From the NCBI GenBank assembly GCA_014905635.1, contig JABVCE010000033.1, positions 62,001 through 126,000 of the forward strand: a stretch of DNA of 64,000 nt, written 5' to 3'. This document shows positions 37,619 to 51,187 of this stretch, one piece after another. The stretch's first letter is position 1; the number at the start of each line of letters is the position of its first letter. Below the pieces are notes generated by a model that saw only the letters and a list, made by a program, of their open reading frames with translations, ran no database searches and had not been told where the DNA came from. The stretch comes from Scenedesmus sp. PABB004 (taxonomy: Eukaryota). Both the position numbers and the translations under genes were made by a program.

Positions 37619-38776
37619 GCGCGCGCGGCCGGGGCGGGGCTCCGGGGCGGGCGGGAGGCGGGCGCGACGACAATGGCGGGGGGCAGGGCCAGGGCAGGGC
37701 TCCGCCAGCGCGGCGGCTGTACGTACAGATGAATTTGTTGTGGCGCCGGCGGCGCCGCCGCCCTTGGCGCGCGCGCCGCATCGTGCCGGCCGGGCGCCGC
37801 GCCCGCGGCTCGCCGCCCCTGCTGGCGGGCAGGCGGCTGTGCGCGCACGCAGTCGCTGCGCGCCGGCGCCGCGCGGCCCGGCGCGGCGGTCTTGCGGCGC
37901 GGCTGTACAACGGTCCCCGCGCGCGCCGCGCGGTGGGCAGGCATTGCTGCCGCCGCGCCGTGCCTTTGCGCGTGTACTACCACCGCTCCCGGTGAAGCCC
38001 TGACTCACTTTCAGGACTGGGCGCAGCCAGGGCAGGCAGGCACTGTGTCGTCGTCGTTGTGTGTGTGTTGGCTGGCGCAGGGCGGGCGAGAGCGGCGCGC
38101 CGCCCGCTCGCGCGTCGGGGCGGCCGGCAGATAACGTGCCGCCGCCGCACCAGGCGGCAGGCAAGGCAGGCAGGCGAGAAAAAACAACACCATCCTACGC
38201 CGGCCGCCCTGTGACCAGGGCGGCCGGGCGCATGAGGGCTGACCGATGATGACGCGGTCAGTGCGAAGCCCTGCGTTTTGTGAGCGCTGCTGCTGCTGCT
38301 GTCGCCCCCGCGTGTCGCTCGCCCTCAGCGGTTGTTTGGCGCCCGAGGACTCACTCACCCGATCGCGAGGAGGAGGATTGCGTGTGTGCAAGGATCGCTC
38401 CCTGCTATTTGCCGCACTTGTTGCTCCACGTCGCGCGACGTGCCCGGCGCGCGGCTGCGGCAGCGCGCCGCATGCCAGTGCCGCCGCACGCGGGCGGCCT
38501 CTGTGGCTCTGCGCGCTGCCGCCGCCGCGCGCCGGCCGCGCCGGCGGCGCGTGCGTGAGGACGTTGGAACGCATGCCGACCCGTGCTGCGCGACCGGCAG
38601 CGCTCGCTGCCACGCGCGCGCGCCTCGCGCTCAGCGCGCCGCGCTCAGCGCGCCACCCTTCTGGCAGCTCCCGCCACGCCGCCGCGGCAGCCGGCCCCGA
38701 GCCTCGGCAGCGGCACGGTCGCGACGTGGACGGGCGCTCGCTGTCACACGCCTGCCTCGCCGCGGGGGCGGGCCGC

Positions 38777-40214
38777 TCACCCGCCGCCGCCGCGACTGCC
38801 GCCGCCTCGCCGCTGCCGCTCCCGCTCCTGCCGCGCCTCGTCGTCCGCCGCCGCCTGCGCGCTGGCGAGGTGCACAAGCGCCGTCACGCGCGGCACCAGC
38901 TCCTCGTACAGCGTCCACACCAGCGCCGTCTGCAGCGTGCGCTTGAGCACGCGCGGCGCGGCACCTGCGCGGCGGGGCGGGGCGGCGCGGCGCGGCGGCG
39001 GTCGCGGCGGCCGGCCGCGGCGCGCGCCCCCGGCTGCGCGGCCCCCCGCCGCGTCGCCGCGCCGCGCCTCGAGCCCCGCGCGCCCGGCGCGACCGCACCC
39101 GCGAGCAGCGCGTTGGGCCCGCTGCTCTTCAGCACGTGCCCCAGCGTGCTCAGCGCGTTGCCGCGCGCCGTGCCGGGCAGGCCGAGCTGCATGCGCGTGC
39201 GCACGACGTCGCTCGGCTGCGTCAGCAGCGTCGCCGCGGTCGCGGCGGCGACGCCGCTGACAAAGTTGACCGCCGCCGCGGGCACGCCGCCGCCGCCGGC
39301 CTCGGCCGCCGCGGCGGACAGGCGGGACTTGAGCTTGGTGTAAAGCATGTAGTATATGGCTGAGAAGGGGGCGTTCGTCAGCACGGTGGGCACGAGGCCG
39401 CGGAAGAGCCCGCCGGGGCCCTCCGCCGCCGCGATCGCCGCGAGCGCGTGGCCCGTGCTGCGGTACGAGACGTGCGACGGCCCGCCATACTCCATGCGCG
39501 TCTTGACGAGCGTCACCGGGCTCATCGCCGCCGCGCTCAGCGCGCGCGCGCAGCCTGCGGCGGCGGCCCCCACGCGGCGGCGGCGCGTGGGCACGCGGCG
39601 GGGGACGTGGGGCCGCCGCGCGCGCGGCGCGCGGGGGCGCGCCGCGCCCCCGCACCTCCGACCGCGGCGGCTTGCAGGAAGCCGAGCTGGCCCGAGGCGT
39701 GGGGGAGGACGTCCATCATTAAGTGCTTGAGCTTCTCAAGCGCCACAAAGTTGATGCCCGCGCCCAGCGACAGCCGCACCACGGTCGGCCCAGTGCCCCG
39801 CCACAGCCCGCGCACGCCCGCCTCGGACAGCACCACGCGCAGCGTCGCCGCGACGCCCCTGCGGCGCGCCGGCACGCGCGCGTGGGCCGGCGCGCGGCGC
39901 GCGTGCGTCGTTGGCGGCGGGGGCGGCGGCGCCCCCACGCGCTCGCCTGCTCGTGCCCAGCGCGGCGTCGGCTTGCATCCGCGTGCGCAGCACGTCCAGC
40001 GGCTGCGGGCGCGCGGGGGCGGGGCGTCGCCGCGCGCAGCGCGGCGGCCGCGCCGAGCCGCAGGCCGGCGGCGCGGGGGCCGGCAGCGCACCTGCACGCA
40101 GGCGCTGATGGCCGCGCCCGACAGCGCGCCCGACACCGCGGACGCGAGCGCCGGCGGCGGCTTGCGCTCCGGGGGCGGCGGCGGCTGCTCCTGCTGCTGC
40201 TCCCTCCGGCCCAT
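38777..40214 (-). CDS. Mitochondrial carrier, SLC25A38/Hem25-like (glycine carrier)
   Basis: Three PX[D/E]XX[K/R] repeats: Q|PLDVLRTRMQ, SPVTLVKTRME, QPSDVVRTRMQ; GLWRGTGPTVVRLSLGAGINF; NAPFSAIY; PRVLKRTLQTALVWTLYEE. Confidence 0.85.
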
Positions 40215-40810
40215 TGCTGAGGCGCCCTGGGGGCGGTGGGGCGGCTCAGCCCGGGCCCATGCAGCGGTGCGACTGCTGCTTGGCGGACGCGCTGGTGCGA
40301 CTGCTGCCCGTCGGGCGGCGGCGGCCGAGGGCGGAGCCGGGTGTGAAGACGGGACGTGTGGCTGGTACGGGGGCGCAGCGGGCAATTGGCGGCGTGTGGC
40401 GGCCGCCGGGGGCGCAGGCGGCACAAGCTGCCGCAGCGCTGCTCGTCGCTGCCGTCACATCGGCTGAAAAACCCACTCGGGGCAGCAGCCCGCGAGGCAC
40501 CAGAGCGCTGGGCCACACCGCGGTCCAGCAGCCTCCCGCACGCGTGAGCTCGCAGCAGCAGGCCGAGCTCCTGCCGGCCTGCGAGCCCGCGCCGCGCAGC
40601 CCCGGCAGCGCGCCTCGGCGAGGCGCGTGGAGCACGCTCCCGGGCTCTGGGCGCTCCTGGGGACGCCCGCAGGCATCGCCAGCCCCGCTCCAGCGCGAGC
40701 GGGCGGCAGCAGTGTCGGTGCCGACTGTGAGGGGCCCGCCCCGCCCAGCCGCGGCCACCGCGCGCCCTCCAGGCGTGCAAGGGCGAGGCGCAAGCCCTCG
40801 CAGCATCTCA

Positions 40811-42586
40811 ATGCGCCGCGCCAAGCTGCAGCCGGCGCGCGCCGGCGGCGCGCTGCGCGGCCGGCCGGCGGCGGCAGCGCTGCTGCTGCCGGCCCGCCGC
40901 GCCGGCGGCCGGCGGCGCCCGCAGCAGGCGGGGGCGGCGGGGGCGGCGGCGGCGGACCTCGAGGCGGCCTTTGCGGCGGCGGCGCCCGACCCGGTCGCGC
41001 AGGCGGCGGTGCCGTGCGTGGGAGCGAGCGACCCGAAGCTCACCGCCCGCGCAATGCCGGCGACGCCGCTGGAGGGTCTGTGGCAGGGCGCCGCCGCGGC
41101 GGCGCTGCGCGTGGAGCTCGCGGCGGCGGCGCTGGTCGACCGCCACGCGCGCGTGGGGCCGCCGGCCATGGCGGCGCTCGCCGGCGGCGCGGCGGGCATG
41201 GTGCGCGGCGCGCCCCGCATGGCGCCCGGCGGCGCGCGCGTGCCTGGCCGCGCTCGCCCCCGCCACGGCGCGGGGCTCACGCGCGCCCCGCCGCCCCGCC
41301 GCCCCGCCGCCGCGCAGGGCCTCGACGCGGTCACGCTGCTGCAGCACGGCTTGCCGGCGTACATTCCGGACGTGCTGCGAGTGTGGGACGTTGCGCCCTG
41401 GCAGCTCGCACTCACAGTGGCGTCGCTGCCGATCTCAGCATGGGCGCTGCGCGCGTGGTGGGCCGGCAACCTCGCGGCGCTCGCGGGCGCGCTGCCGCGC
41501 CTGGCGCGGCGCGCGGCGGCCGGGCAGCGGCAGGCGGGCGCGGGTGAGGGGCAGCAGCCGGAGGAGCAGCAGCAGCAGGCGGCCAGCGCGCCGTGGCTGG
41601 CGGCCGCGCTGGCGGTGGGGCGCGCGCTGTGCCTCGGCTCAGCGGTGGGCAGCTTCACGGCGGCAACGCTCGCGGCCGGCAGCGGGGCCGCCGCGCTGCA
41701 CGCAGCGGCGGGCCTGGCGGCCGTCGCAGCGGCGGTGGCGCCGCTGGCGCTGGTGCTGCAGCAACAGCCCGGCGGCGGCGGCGGCGGCGGCGGCGGCTCT
41801 GACGGCGCCAGCGTGGCACCGCTCCTGGCGGGCGCTGAGGCCGCGTGGCTGCTCGCCATGGTGGGGCTGGCGCCCCTGGCCAACCTCGCGGCCGCGGCCG
41901 CCCTGGCCGCGTGCCTGCTCGCGCTTCACCGCCGCGTCGTCGCGCCGCGCCTGGCGCGCTACGTCGCGGCCGCGGGCGACGGCGTGCGGCTGCACCTCGC
42001 CCTGCGGCTCGCCGACAGCCGCGCCGCGTTTGACTCCACCGACGACCCCCTCGCCCTGCTCGCGGCGCCGCGCCCTGCGGCGCACGTGGCCGCGTGGGAC
42101 GAGGCGAGCTCGCCGGAGTTTTGGGCGGCGCTCGCGGCCAACGCCGGGCAGCAGCAGCCGCCGCCGCAGCAGCCCGGCGGCGCCGGCCCCGCCGGCGGCG
42201 GCAGCCTGCGCGCCGTGCTGGCCGACCTGCGCGGCTGGCTCGCCACGCCGGCGGCGCGCTGGGACGCGGTCGCGCCGTTTGCGGCGGCCGCGTCGATCGG
42301 CATGGTGCTCGGCGAGACGCGGCGCGTGCGGCTGTTCAACCCGCGCGGGCTGGGCTTTGCGAGCCCCGCGCTCGCGTGGTGGCAGCCCAAGGCCGACGCC
42401 GTGGCCAAGTTTGGCGCCGCGCCGGGCGTGGGCGACGTGTTTTGGTATCCCGTCCGGCCCGGCGCGTGGCTGCCGACGCGCGTCGCCGCGGTCGGGCAGA
42501 CCCACGTCGAGCTGGACGCCAACTACGGCATCACCGAGCGCGAGCTCGAGCTCGACGTCACGCTCGTGCGCCTCGCCAAGGCGTAG
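40811..42586 (+). CDS. Putative plastid membrane protein with a C-terminal SlyD/SlpA-type FKBP-like domain (one in-frame intron, 41201-41317)
   Basis: R/A-rich N-terminus and several hydrophobic helices, then GDGVRLHLALRLAD..AFDST, IGMVLGETRRVRL, PGVGD, RVAAVGQTHVELDANYGITERELELDVTLV*. Confidence 0.6.
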   Translation: MRRAKLQPARAGGALRGRPAAAALLLPARRAGGRRRPQQAGAAGAAAADLEAAFAAAAPDPVAQAAVPCVGASDPKLTARAMPATPLEGLWQGAAAAALRVELAAAALVDRHARVGPPAMAALAGGAAGMVRGAPRMAPGGARVPGRARPRHGAGLTRAPPPRRPAAAQGLDAVTLLQHGLPAYIPDVLRVWDVAPWQLALTVASLPISAWALRAWWAGNLAALAGALPRLARRAAAGQRQAGAGEGQQPEEQQQQAASAPWLAAALAVGRALCLGSAVGSFTAATLAAGSGAAALHAAAGLAAVAAAVAPLALVLQQQPGGGGGGGGGSDGASVAPLLAGAEAAWLLAMVGLAPLANLAAAAALAACLLALHRRVVAPRLARYVAAAGDGVRLHLALRLADSRAAFDSTDDPLALLAAPRPAAHVAAWDEASSPEFWAALAANAGQQQPPPQQPGGAGPAGGGSLRAVLADLRGWLATPAARWDAVAPFAAAASIGMVLGETRRVRLFNPRGLGFASPALAWWQPKADAVAKFGAAPGVGDVFWYPVRPGAWLPTRVAAVGQTHVELDANYGITERELELDVTLVRLAKA

Positions 42587-42937
42587 CGCGCGCTGCCGCC
42601 GCGAGCGCTGGTGCTGGCAGTGCCGGCGCGCGGGCTGACCAGCTCGCCGGCTGCCGCCGCGCGCGCGGGCGTCGGACCGGCTGTTGTGGCGGCGGCGCGG
42701 CGGCGGCGGCGGGGCTCTGAGCGTGACCGGGGCGTTCGGCGGGCGGGCCGGGCGCGAGCAGCAGGGCACTGCGCTCGACCAGGGTTTGCCGCCGCCGGCG
42801 CTGCTTTGCAACCTGCTTGCGGCCTGCTCCGCGTCAGTCGGGCCGCCGCGCGCCGTCCACGGCATCGTCCCAGCCCGCCTCGCGCGCAGCGCTGGCCCCC
42901 GCAGCCCCGCCCGCGCCCGCAGCAGCCGCGCGCCGCG

Positions 42938-44830
<1,893 letters not shown>

Positions 44831-45276
44831 CCGCGCGTCGCACGCGCGGGCCCGAGGGCGCGGCCGGCGGCGCGCGGCGGCGGCGGGCCTCGGCCCGCGC
44901 GCGCACTCTTCTCTCTCGTCTCGCGGGCGCCGCGTGGTCGGGGCGGGGCTTGCCTCTCCGCGCCCTTGCGCGCGGCAATTGCCGCGGCGGCGGCGCGTGT
45001 ACACTGTAGCCGTGTGCGGGCGGCGAGCGCGGCGCGCCGCCCGGCCGTGCGGCGCAGGCGCGCCAAACCGCGGCGGCACAGCGAAAAACCTGGCCAGCAC
45101 GCGGCCCGTGCGATCGCGGCCGCACTCAGCACTCAGCACTCAGCCGGCCGGCCCGCCACGCGCGCCCAGCTGCCGCGAGACGCACGCCGCAGATCCCCTG
45201 CCCGGCCTGCCCGCCCCGACGACGCCCGGGCGCGCGCGCCCAGCCTCCCCCGCGTCGGGCGCTTCTGCGTGCCTCC

Positions 45277-46182
45277 ATGCTGCGCCACGCGGCGGCCCGG
45301 CTGCTGGGCGGCCTGCAGCAGCGAGGTGCGCGGAGCAGCAGCGCCGGCGGCTGCTGCCGCTGCGGCCGGCAGGCCCGCGGGCCGCCTGCTTGCCGCGCCC
45401 ATTGACGCCAGTGGTCGCCCCCATCTCTCTCCCACGCCGCAGGCGGGCAGCAGGCGGCGGACGGCCTCGCGGCGGCCAGGCTCGTCGCAGCGGCGGCAGC
45501 AGCGACGGCAGCAACGGCGCTGCGGTCGCCGGCGCGCCGCTTCAGCGCCACCACCGGCGACGGCGGCGGCGGCAGTAGTCAAGCGGGCGCGCCGGATGCG
45601 GCGCAGCAGCAGCAGCAGCAGCAGCAGCCGGCGCAGCAGCAGCAGCAGTCGCCGGAGCAGCCGGAGCAGGCGCCGCTGCCGGAGCAGGTTGAGCCGCAGC
45701 TGACGCTGGCGCAGCAGTTTGCGGCGCGCGCGGCGGCGGCGGCCGCCGCCGGCGGCGGCGCCGCGGCGTCGCCGCTCGCGGCCGCGTTTGGCGCGCGCAA
45801 GGTCGCGCCGGCCGGCGGCGGCCGCGGCGGGCCGGCGCGGCGGGAGGGCGTGGTGCACGTCAACGCGAGCTTCAACAACACCATCCTCGTCCTCACCGAC
45901 CGCGAGAGCCGCGTGCAGACGTGGACGTCGGGCGGCACGGTCGGGTACCGCAACGCCAACAAGGCCACGCCGCAGGCCGCCGAGCTCGCGGCCAAGGAGC
46001 TCGCGCGCCGCGCGCTCGACCTCGGCTTCCACGCCGTGACCGTCAAGCTCAAGGGCATGGGCAAGAACAAGCAGTTTGCGGTGCAGAGCCTCGCCGCGGG
46101 CGGGCTCACCGTCACGCAGCTCTGGGACGTCACGCCCATCCCCTACAACGGCTGCCGCCTGCCGCGCCGGCGGCGCGTCTAG
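45277..46182 (+). CDS. Nucleus-encoded mitochondrial ribosomal protein uS11m with a Q/A-rich N-terminal extension, 2 exons
   Basis: Presequence-like exon MLRHAAARLLGG; VVHVNASFNNTILVLTD, SGGTVGYRNANKATPQAA, KGMG, DVTPIPYNGCRLPRRRRV*; TGTAA at 46254. Confidence 0.88.
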
Positions 46183-46644
46183 AGATGGGCGCGCGGCGCG
46201 GCGCGGCGCGCGGCGCGACGGCCGCGACGGCCGCGGCGGGCTGCGGCGGCGAGTGTAACGAGGGCCTCCTTCTGGACGCGGCTAGCGGCCGGGCGCGGGC
46301 GACGCCGGGCGTGCGCGTCGCGCGCAGCGTTGTGCCGCCGCCGCGACGGCGCCGCAGCAGCTCCCCGGCCGCGCCCGCGCACGGGCAGTTGTCCAGGACG
46401 CACGGCCGCGCAGTTGACGCCCAAATTGACGCTCACGCGCCCCAGCCAGCCAGCCGCGGGGGCTCGCCCGGCTCGGAGACCGCCCGCGCCGCGCGACGAG
46501 CCGCGCCCGTGACGGGGCGCCGCTGAGCTCCTCACCAGCTCGTGTGTGCGGCGCCAGGCGCTGGCGGGCCCGCGCGCCCCGGCCGGAGCAGCAGCGAGCG
46601 CGCGGTCCGTGCGGACCTCTGCCTGCGGCGCGAGCGCCTCCGGC

Positions 46645-48042
46645 ATGGCGGCGCTGACTGGCCATCCGGGAGCGCGCCTGGGCGCGGCGTCAGGCCGGCT
46701 CCGCAGGTGGGCGCCGCGCGCTGCGCGACAACGGCGCGGCGCGGCGCCGCCGCGGCCGCGCACGGCAGCGCCCGGGGCGGCGGGGCCCCTACATAAACCT
46801 TCCCACCGACACCCAGCGCTCCTGCCGCGACCCGCAGGGGTTCCGCGCCGTCGCCGCAGCGCGCCCCCGCCGCGCCGCCCGCGCAGCGCGCCGGCGCGCT
46901 GCGCTCCGACTGGGAGCCGCCGCCGACGGCGACGGCGCTGCTGTCGTTTGACGGCGAGGACCAGCACCCGCTCGCCCGGTGCGCCGCGCCGGGCGGCGGC
47001 GATAGCAGCGCGGCGCGGCAGGGGCACCGCGCCGCTCGGTCCTCCTCTCGCCACGCACCTCACGCCGCCGCCGGCCGCCGCAGCTCCGCGCCGCGCGCCG
47101 CCTCGCCCCTGTTCTCGCCGCACGGCGGCCTGGCGAGCTTCGACGCGGACGACGTCTCCGCCGCGAGCAGCACGGCGCCGCCGCCGCCGCCGCCGCCGCA
47201 GCGCCCCGCGCCCGCGGTCGGCGGCGCGCGGGCGCGCGACGGCGGGGCGGGCGCGCGCGCGCGCGGGCGGGCGGCGCGCGCCGCTGAGCGAGCAGGCGGC
47301 GGAGGCGTGGGTGCTGGAGGTCCCTCTCCTCGTCGCGGGCGAGCCGCAGCACCTGACCCCGGAGCTAGTGGACGCGGCGCGCCGCGCGGCGCTGCCGCCG
47401 CTGGCGCCGCCCAGCGCGGGCGCGGGCGCGGCCGGGCCGGCGACGCGGCCCCAGCAGCAGCGGGAGCCGGCCGGCGCCGAGGTGGTGGTGTTGGTGGTGC
47501 AGCGGCCGGAGGGCGGCGAGGGCGGCGCGGCGCCCGCGCCCCACGCCGCCGCGCAGCCGCCGGACGGCGGCGGCGACCGCGGCGGCGGCGTGCGCCACCA
47601 CCTGCTCGCCGGCGGCGGGCCCGCGCTCGGCAGCGCGGGGCGGCGGTCGCCCGAGCCGGCGCCCGGGCAGGCGGCCGGCGGCGTGGGCCTGCCGGCAGCT
47701 GCCGCGCCCGAGGGCCTGCTCGGCGTGGCGGCGCTGCCGGCCGCGACCGTCGCGACGCAGCAGGCGGGCCCGGGCGTGCCGCGCGGCGCCGCCGCCGGCG
47801 GCGCGCTGCCGGCGCCGCCAGAGGCGGCCGCGCCCAGCAGCTTCGGCGGCCCCCTCGCGGCCCGCCCGAGGCTGCCGCCGGCGCTGCCGTCACGGGACGG
47901 CGAGCAGGAGGACGAGGAGCCGCCCAACGGACACCGCGCCGGCGCGCACGGCAGCGACCGCGCGCGGCCGGGCCTGGCGGCGGCGCTGCGCCGCGCGCTC
48001 GGCAAGCTGCGCAGCCCGGTGGGGATGGCTCCGGCGCCGTGA
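46645..48042 (+). CDS. Hypothetical low-complexity (A/P/G-rich) protein; exon structure uncertain
   Basis: Coding-like segments LRSDWEPPPTATALLSFDGEDQHPLA and EAWVLEVPLLVAGEPQHLTPELVDAA; GT..CAG introns; no family recognised. Confidence 0.4.
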   Translation: MAALTGHPGARLGAASGRLRRWAPRAARQRRGAAPPRPRTAAPGAAGPLHKPSHRHPALLPRPAGVPRRRRSAPPPRRPRSAPARCAPTGSRRRRRRRCCRLTARTSTRSPGAPRRAAAIAARRGRGTAPLGPPLATHLTPPPAAAAPRRAPPRPCSRRTAAWRASTRTTSPPRAARRRRRRRRRSAPRPRSAARGRATAGRARARAGGRRAPLSEQAAEAWVLEVPLLVAGEPQHLTPELVDAARRAALPPLAPPSAGAGAAGPATRPQQQREPAGAEVVVLVVQRPEGGEGGAAPAPHAAAQPPDGGGDRGGGVRHHLLAGGGPALGSAGRRSPEPAPGQAAGGVGLPAAAAPEGLLGVAALPAATVATQQAGPGVPRGAAAGGALPAPPEAAAPSSFGGPLAARPRLPPALPSRDGEQEDEEPPNGHRAGAHGSDRARPGLAAALRRALGKLRSPVGMAPAP

Positions 48043-48915
48043 TGCGCTGTGATGCGCTGCGATGCGTGCTGGGTCGTGCTGCTGCGGAAGCGCGGCGTCC
48101 GCGCGGTCGGGTTGGGAGGGGCTCGCGGCGTTGCAACACGCGCCGGCGCCCACCCTGCCCCGCTCGGCTAGAGTACACAGGCCGCCCTCGGTTCAGCCCG
48201 ATCAATCAATCAATCGTGGTCGTCGCAGTGCTTGAGTCATCGTCGGTGCGTCCCGTCCCAGAGGCGAGGTGTGCGCCTCGGAGAGAGCGGCGGAGCGACG
48301 GCCGCGCGGCGGCGGCGCGCCGCGTGCGTGCGTGCGCTGGTAGAGGAGAGGAGAGAGGGGTGAGCAAGCAGTGCGCGTTGGGCGATGCGCCCCTCAGTTA
48401 TTCGGCACGGCGCGCGGCGCCGGCCGCAATGAGGCAAGCACGCACATACACATAAGTCTGTCTGTACACCCGAGCCCGCGTGCAGGCGCCAACGCCGCCG
48501 CGCCCCCCGTTGGAACCGCCCCCGCGCCGTCGGTCGCACAGCAAAAACGCCTGTCGCTGCAGCCGGCGGCGCGCGGGCGGGGGGCCGGCGCCCGCCCGCC
48601 CGTCGCGCCGCGGCGTCGTCGTCGTCGTCACGCAAGGAAGAAGGCAGCCCAGCAGCCCGCGCGCCGCACGTCGTCGCCCGCGGGCCCATTTGCGCAGCAG
48701 GTCGTGGCGGGCCCCCGGTGTCAGCAATGATGAGTGCGGGCCGGTCGACTGCTGCGAGCCTTGGCGCTGCGCAGAGCGCAGGCGGTGCGCGGCGCGCCCA
48801 ATCCGGGCGCGCGCCCGCCCTCCCCCCGCCAACCCTGCGCGGCGGCGGCGCGGCCCGCCCATTGGGGCGGGCGCGGCCGCCGCCGCCGGCCCCGGGGGGC
48901 GCCCCCGCGCGCGCG

Positions 48916-50425
48916 TCAGTCGCTGCTGCCGCCGTCCTGGCCGGTCATGTACTTTGGCCGCTTGCCGCCGCCCTGCGGCGCGGCCGAGCGCGCACGGGGT
49001 GAGCGCCGCCGCGCAGCGCCGCCGCGCCGCCAAGCCGCGCCGCCTGTGGCGAGCCCCTCGGGCGCGCCGCGCCGCACCTGCTCGCTGGTGAAGCCGACGA
49101 CGCAGAGGAACTCCTCGGCCGTCATGAGCTCCCCGGTGCGGTTGTTCGGCCGCGGGAAGTCTGCCGCGCCGCGCCGCGGCGGGCAGGGCGGCGGGCGCCG
49201 GTCGGCAACTGCGCCGCCCCGCCCGCGCGCCGGCCCCGCGCTGCCTCACACATGTGGCTCGCGCGCGCGCTCTCCCGCGCGCCCGCCGGCGCCGCCGGGC
49301 ACTCACCGACCATGCGCACGTGGCGGCGCCACTTTTTGATGCGGTCCTCGCCCGCATAGCGCAGGTAGTCGGCGACGCCCTTGAGCACCTCGGTGCCGTG
49401 CTGCGCAAAGCTCACGACGCAGCGCCCGCCCTGCACGCTCATCACGCCGCCGACGCCGTTGCACACGACGCGCGCGCAGCGCGTGCGCGCCCAGTGCTCG
49501 ACGCACAGGTCGTGCAGCTCCGCGGGGAAGCGGCTCACGCGGTACTGGACCGACTTGATGCAGTTCAGCCGCGGGTCGCTGCGCTTGCGCTTCGCGTCGC
49601 CGCCGCCGCCGCTGCCGGCGCCGGCGCCGGCGCCGCCGGGGCCGCCCGGGCCGCCGCGGGGCGCGGCGCCGGCGCCCGCGCCGGGCGGCGCGAGCATGCC
49701 CGCGGCCTGCATGCCCGCGGCCTGCATGCCCGCCGCCACGCCGGCCGCATAGGTGTCGCCCTGCCACTGGCCAGCGTGGGGGTGGGCGCCGCCGCCCGCC
49801 GCCGCGGCCGCGGCCGGCGGCAGCCCGCCGGGCAGGCCGTAGGCGGCGTAGGCGCCGCCCTGGTCATAGCCGCCGCCGTAGCCGCCGCCGGCGCCGCCGC
49901 CCCACATCGCCGCGGCCGCGGCCGGGTCCAGCGCGGGCGGGCGCAGCAGCTGCGGCAGCGCCAGGCCGCCCGCCGGGCCCGCGCCGCCGCCGCCGCCGCC
50001 GCCGTAGCGCTGCGTGTGCGGCGGCGCATACTCCAGCGCGCCGCCGCCGCCGGCGTCCAGCCCCGCGCTGGCCGGGGCTGGGTAGCCCGCCAGCAGGTGC
50101 GGCGGCTGCAGCTGCACGCCGCCCAGCAGCGGCGGGTACGCCGCCGGCGCCGGCGGCGCGCCGGCGTCCAGCCCGAGCGCCGCCGTGAACGGCGGCTCCT
50201 CGTTGGCCGCCGCGGCCGCCGCGGCCGCCGCGTCGCCGCCGCCGGCCTGGGCCGCTGTGAGCGCGTGCAGGCCCCGGCGCAGCAGCAGGTCGATGACGTC
50301 GTCGGTGAGCGCGGCCAGCGGCTGCCCGCCGCTGCTGTCGCTCGGCGCTGGCTCGGCGCCGCCGGCGGGCGGCGCCGCGGCCGCCGGCCCCGGCCCGGGC
50401 TGCTGCCACGCCGGCTGCTGCCACG

Positions 50426-50466
<41 letters not shown>

Positions 50467-51068
50467 TGCAGCTGCCGCTGCTGCTCCGCCACGGCACCGC
50501 TCGCCTCCACCGCCGCAGACATCGCCGCACCGAACGCCGCCAGCACGGCGGCCTGGCCGTCGGCGGCGGGCGCGCCGCCCGCGCGCGTGAGCTGCGCGTC
50601 GATCAGCTGCGCCGCCAGGGGCGCCGGCAGCTTGCCGACCTGCGGCGGGCGGGCGTCGGCGCGCGGGCGTCGGCGCGGCGCACGTGGCGGGCGGGCGCCG
50701 GCGCGGCGCCGCGGTGGGCCGGCGGCGCCCCCGCGCGCACCAGCGCCTGGCTCTGCCGCTGCGCCGCCGCCGCGGCGGGGAGGTCCGTGAACATGCCGAT
50801 GAAGGCCGGCGCCTGCCCGCCGTCCAGCAGCGGGATGTGCGCCGCGACCTGCACGCGCCCGTCGTCCGCCAGGGCGGGGTGCAGGCCGTCTGCGAAGTCT
50901 GAACCCAGCCCTGACGACGCCAGCACCGCCTGCAGCGCCGCGCCGAGGCGCCGCAGGCCCGCCGCCTTGGCCGCAGACGACCGTGGCGAGCGGGAGGCCG
51001 CGCCGCCGCCGACCAGCGCCGGGCTGGAGTGCACGCTCCCGCCGCCACCGCCCGGCGCGCGCGCCGGC

Positions 51069-51101
<33 letters not shown>

Positions 51102-51187
51102 AAGCCCAGCGCCTCCTGCGCGCTCGCCAGGGAGTGGCTGGCGCCGCTGTTGCAGCACTGCGACCCCGACTGCTCACCACCGCTCAT
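48916..51187 (-). CDS. Putative nuclear regulator with poly-Q/Gly tracts, an NLS (KRKR) and a C-terminal SAND-like domain
   Basis: MSGGEQS start; long exon with Q/G/A/P tracts; RVVCNGVGGVM....YLRYAGEDRIKKWRRHVRMV resembles SAND V.C....G.L...F...AG....KxWK.SIR. Confidence 0.6.

Noticed and set aside
37619..38776. 1.1-kb convergent intergenic region as a possible ncRNA or small gene
   Set aside because: No recognisable tRNA/snRNA/snoRNA motifs or coding signature; it is explained by two 3' UTRs.
45850..46182. Bacterial-like rpsK as horizontal transfer or contamination
   Set aside because: It has a presequence-like exon, a spliceosomal intron, host codon usage and a TGTAA signal, as expected for a nuclear-encoded mitochondrial S11.
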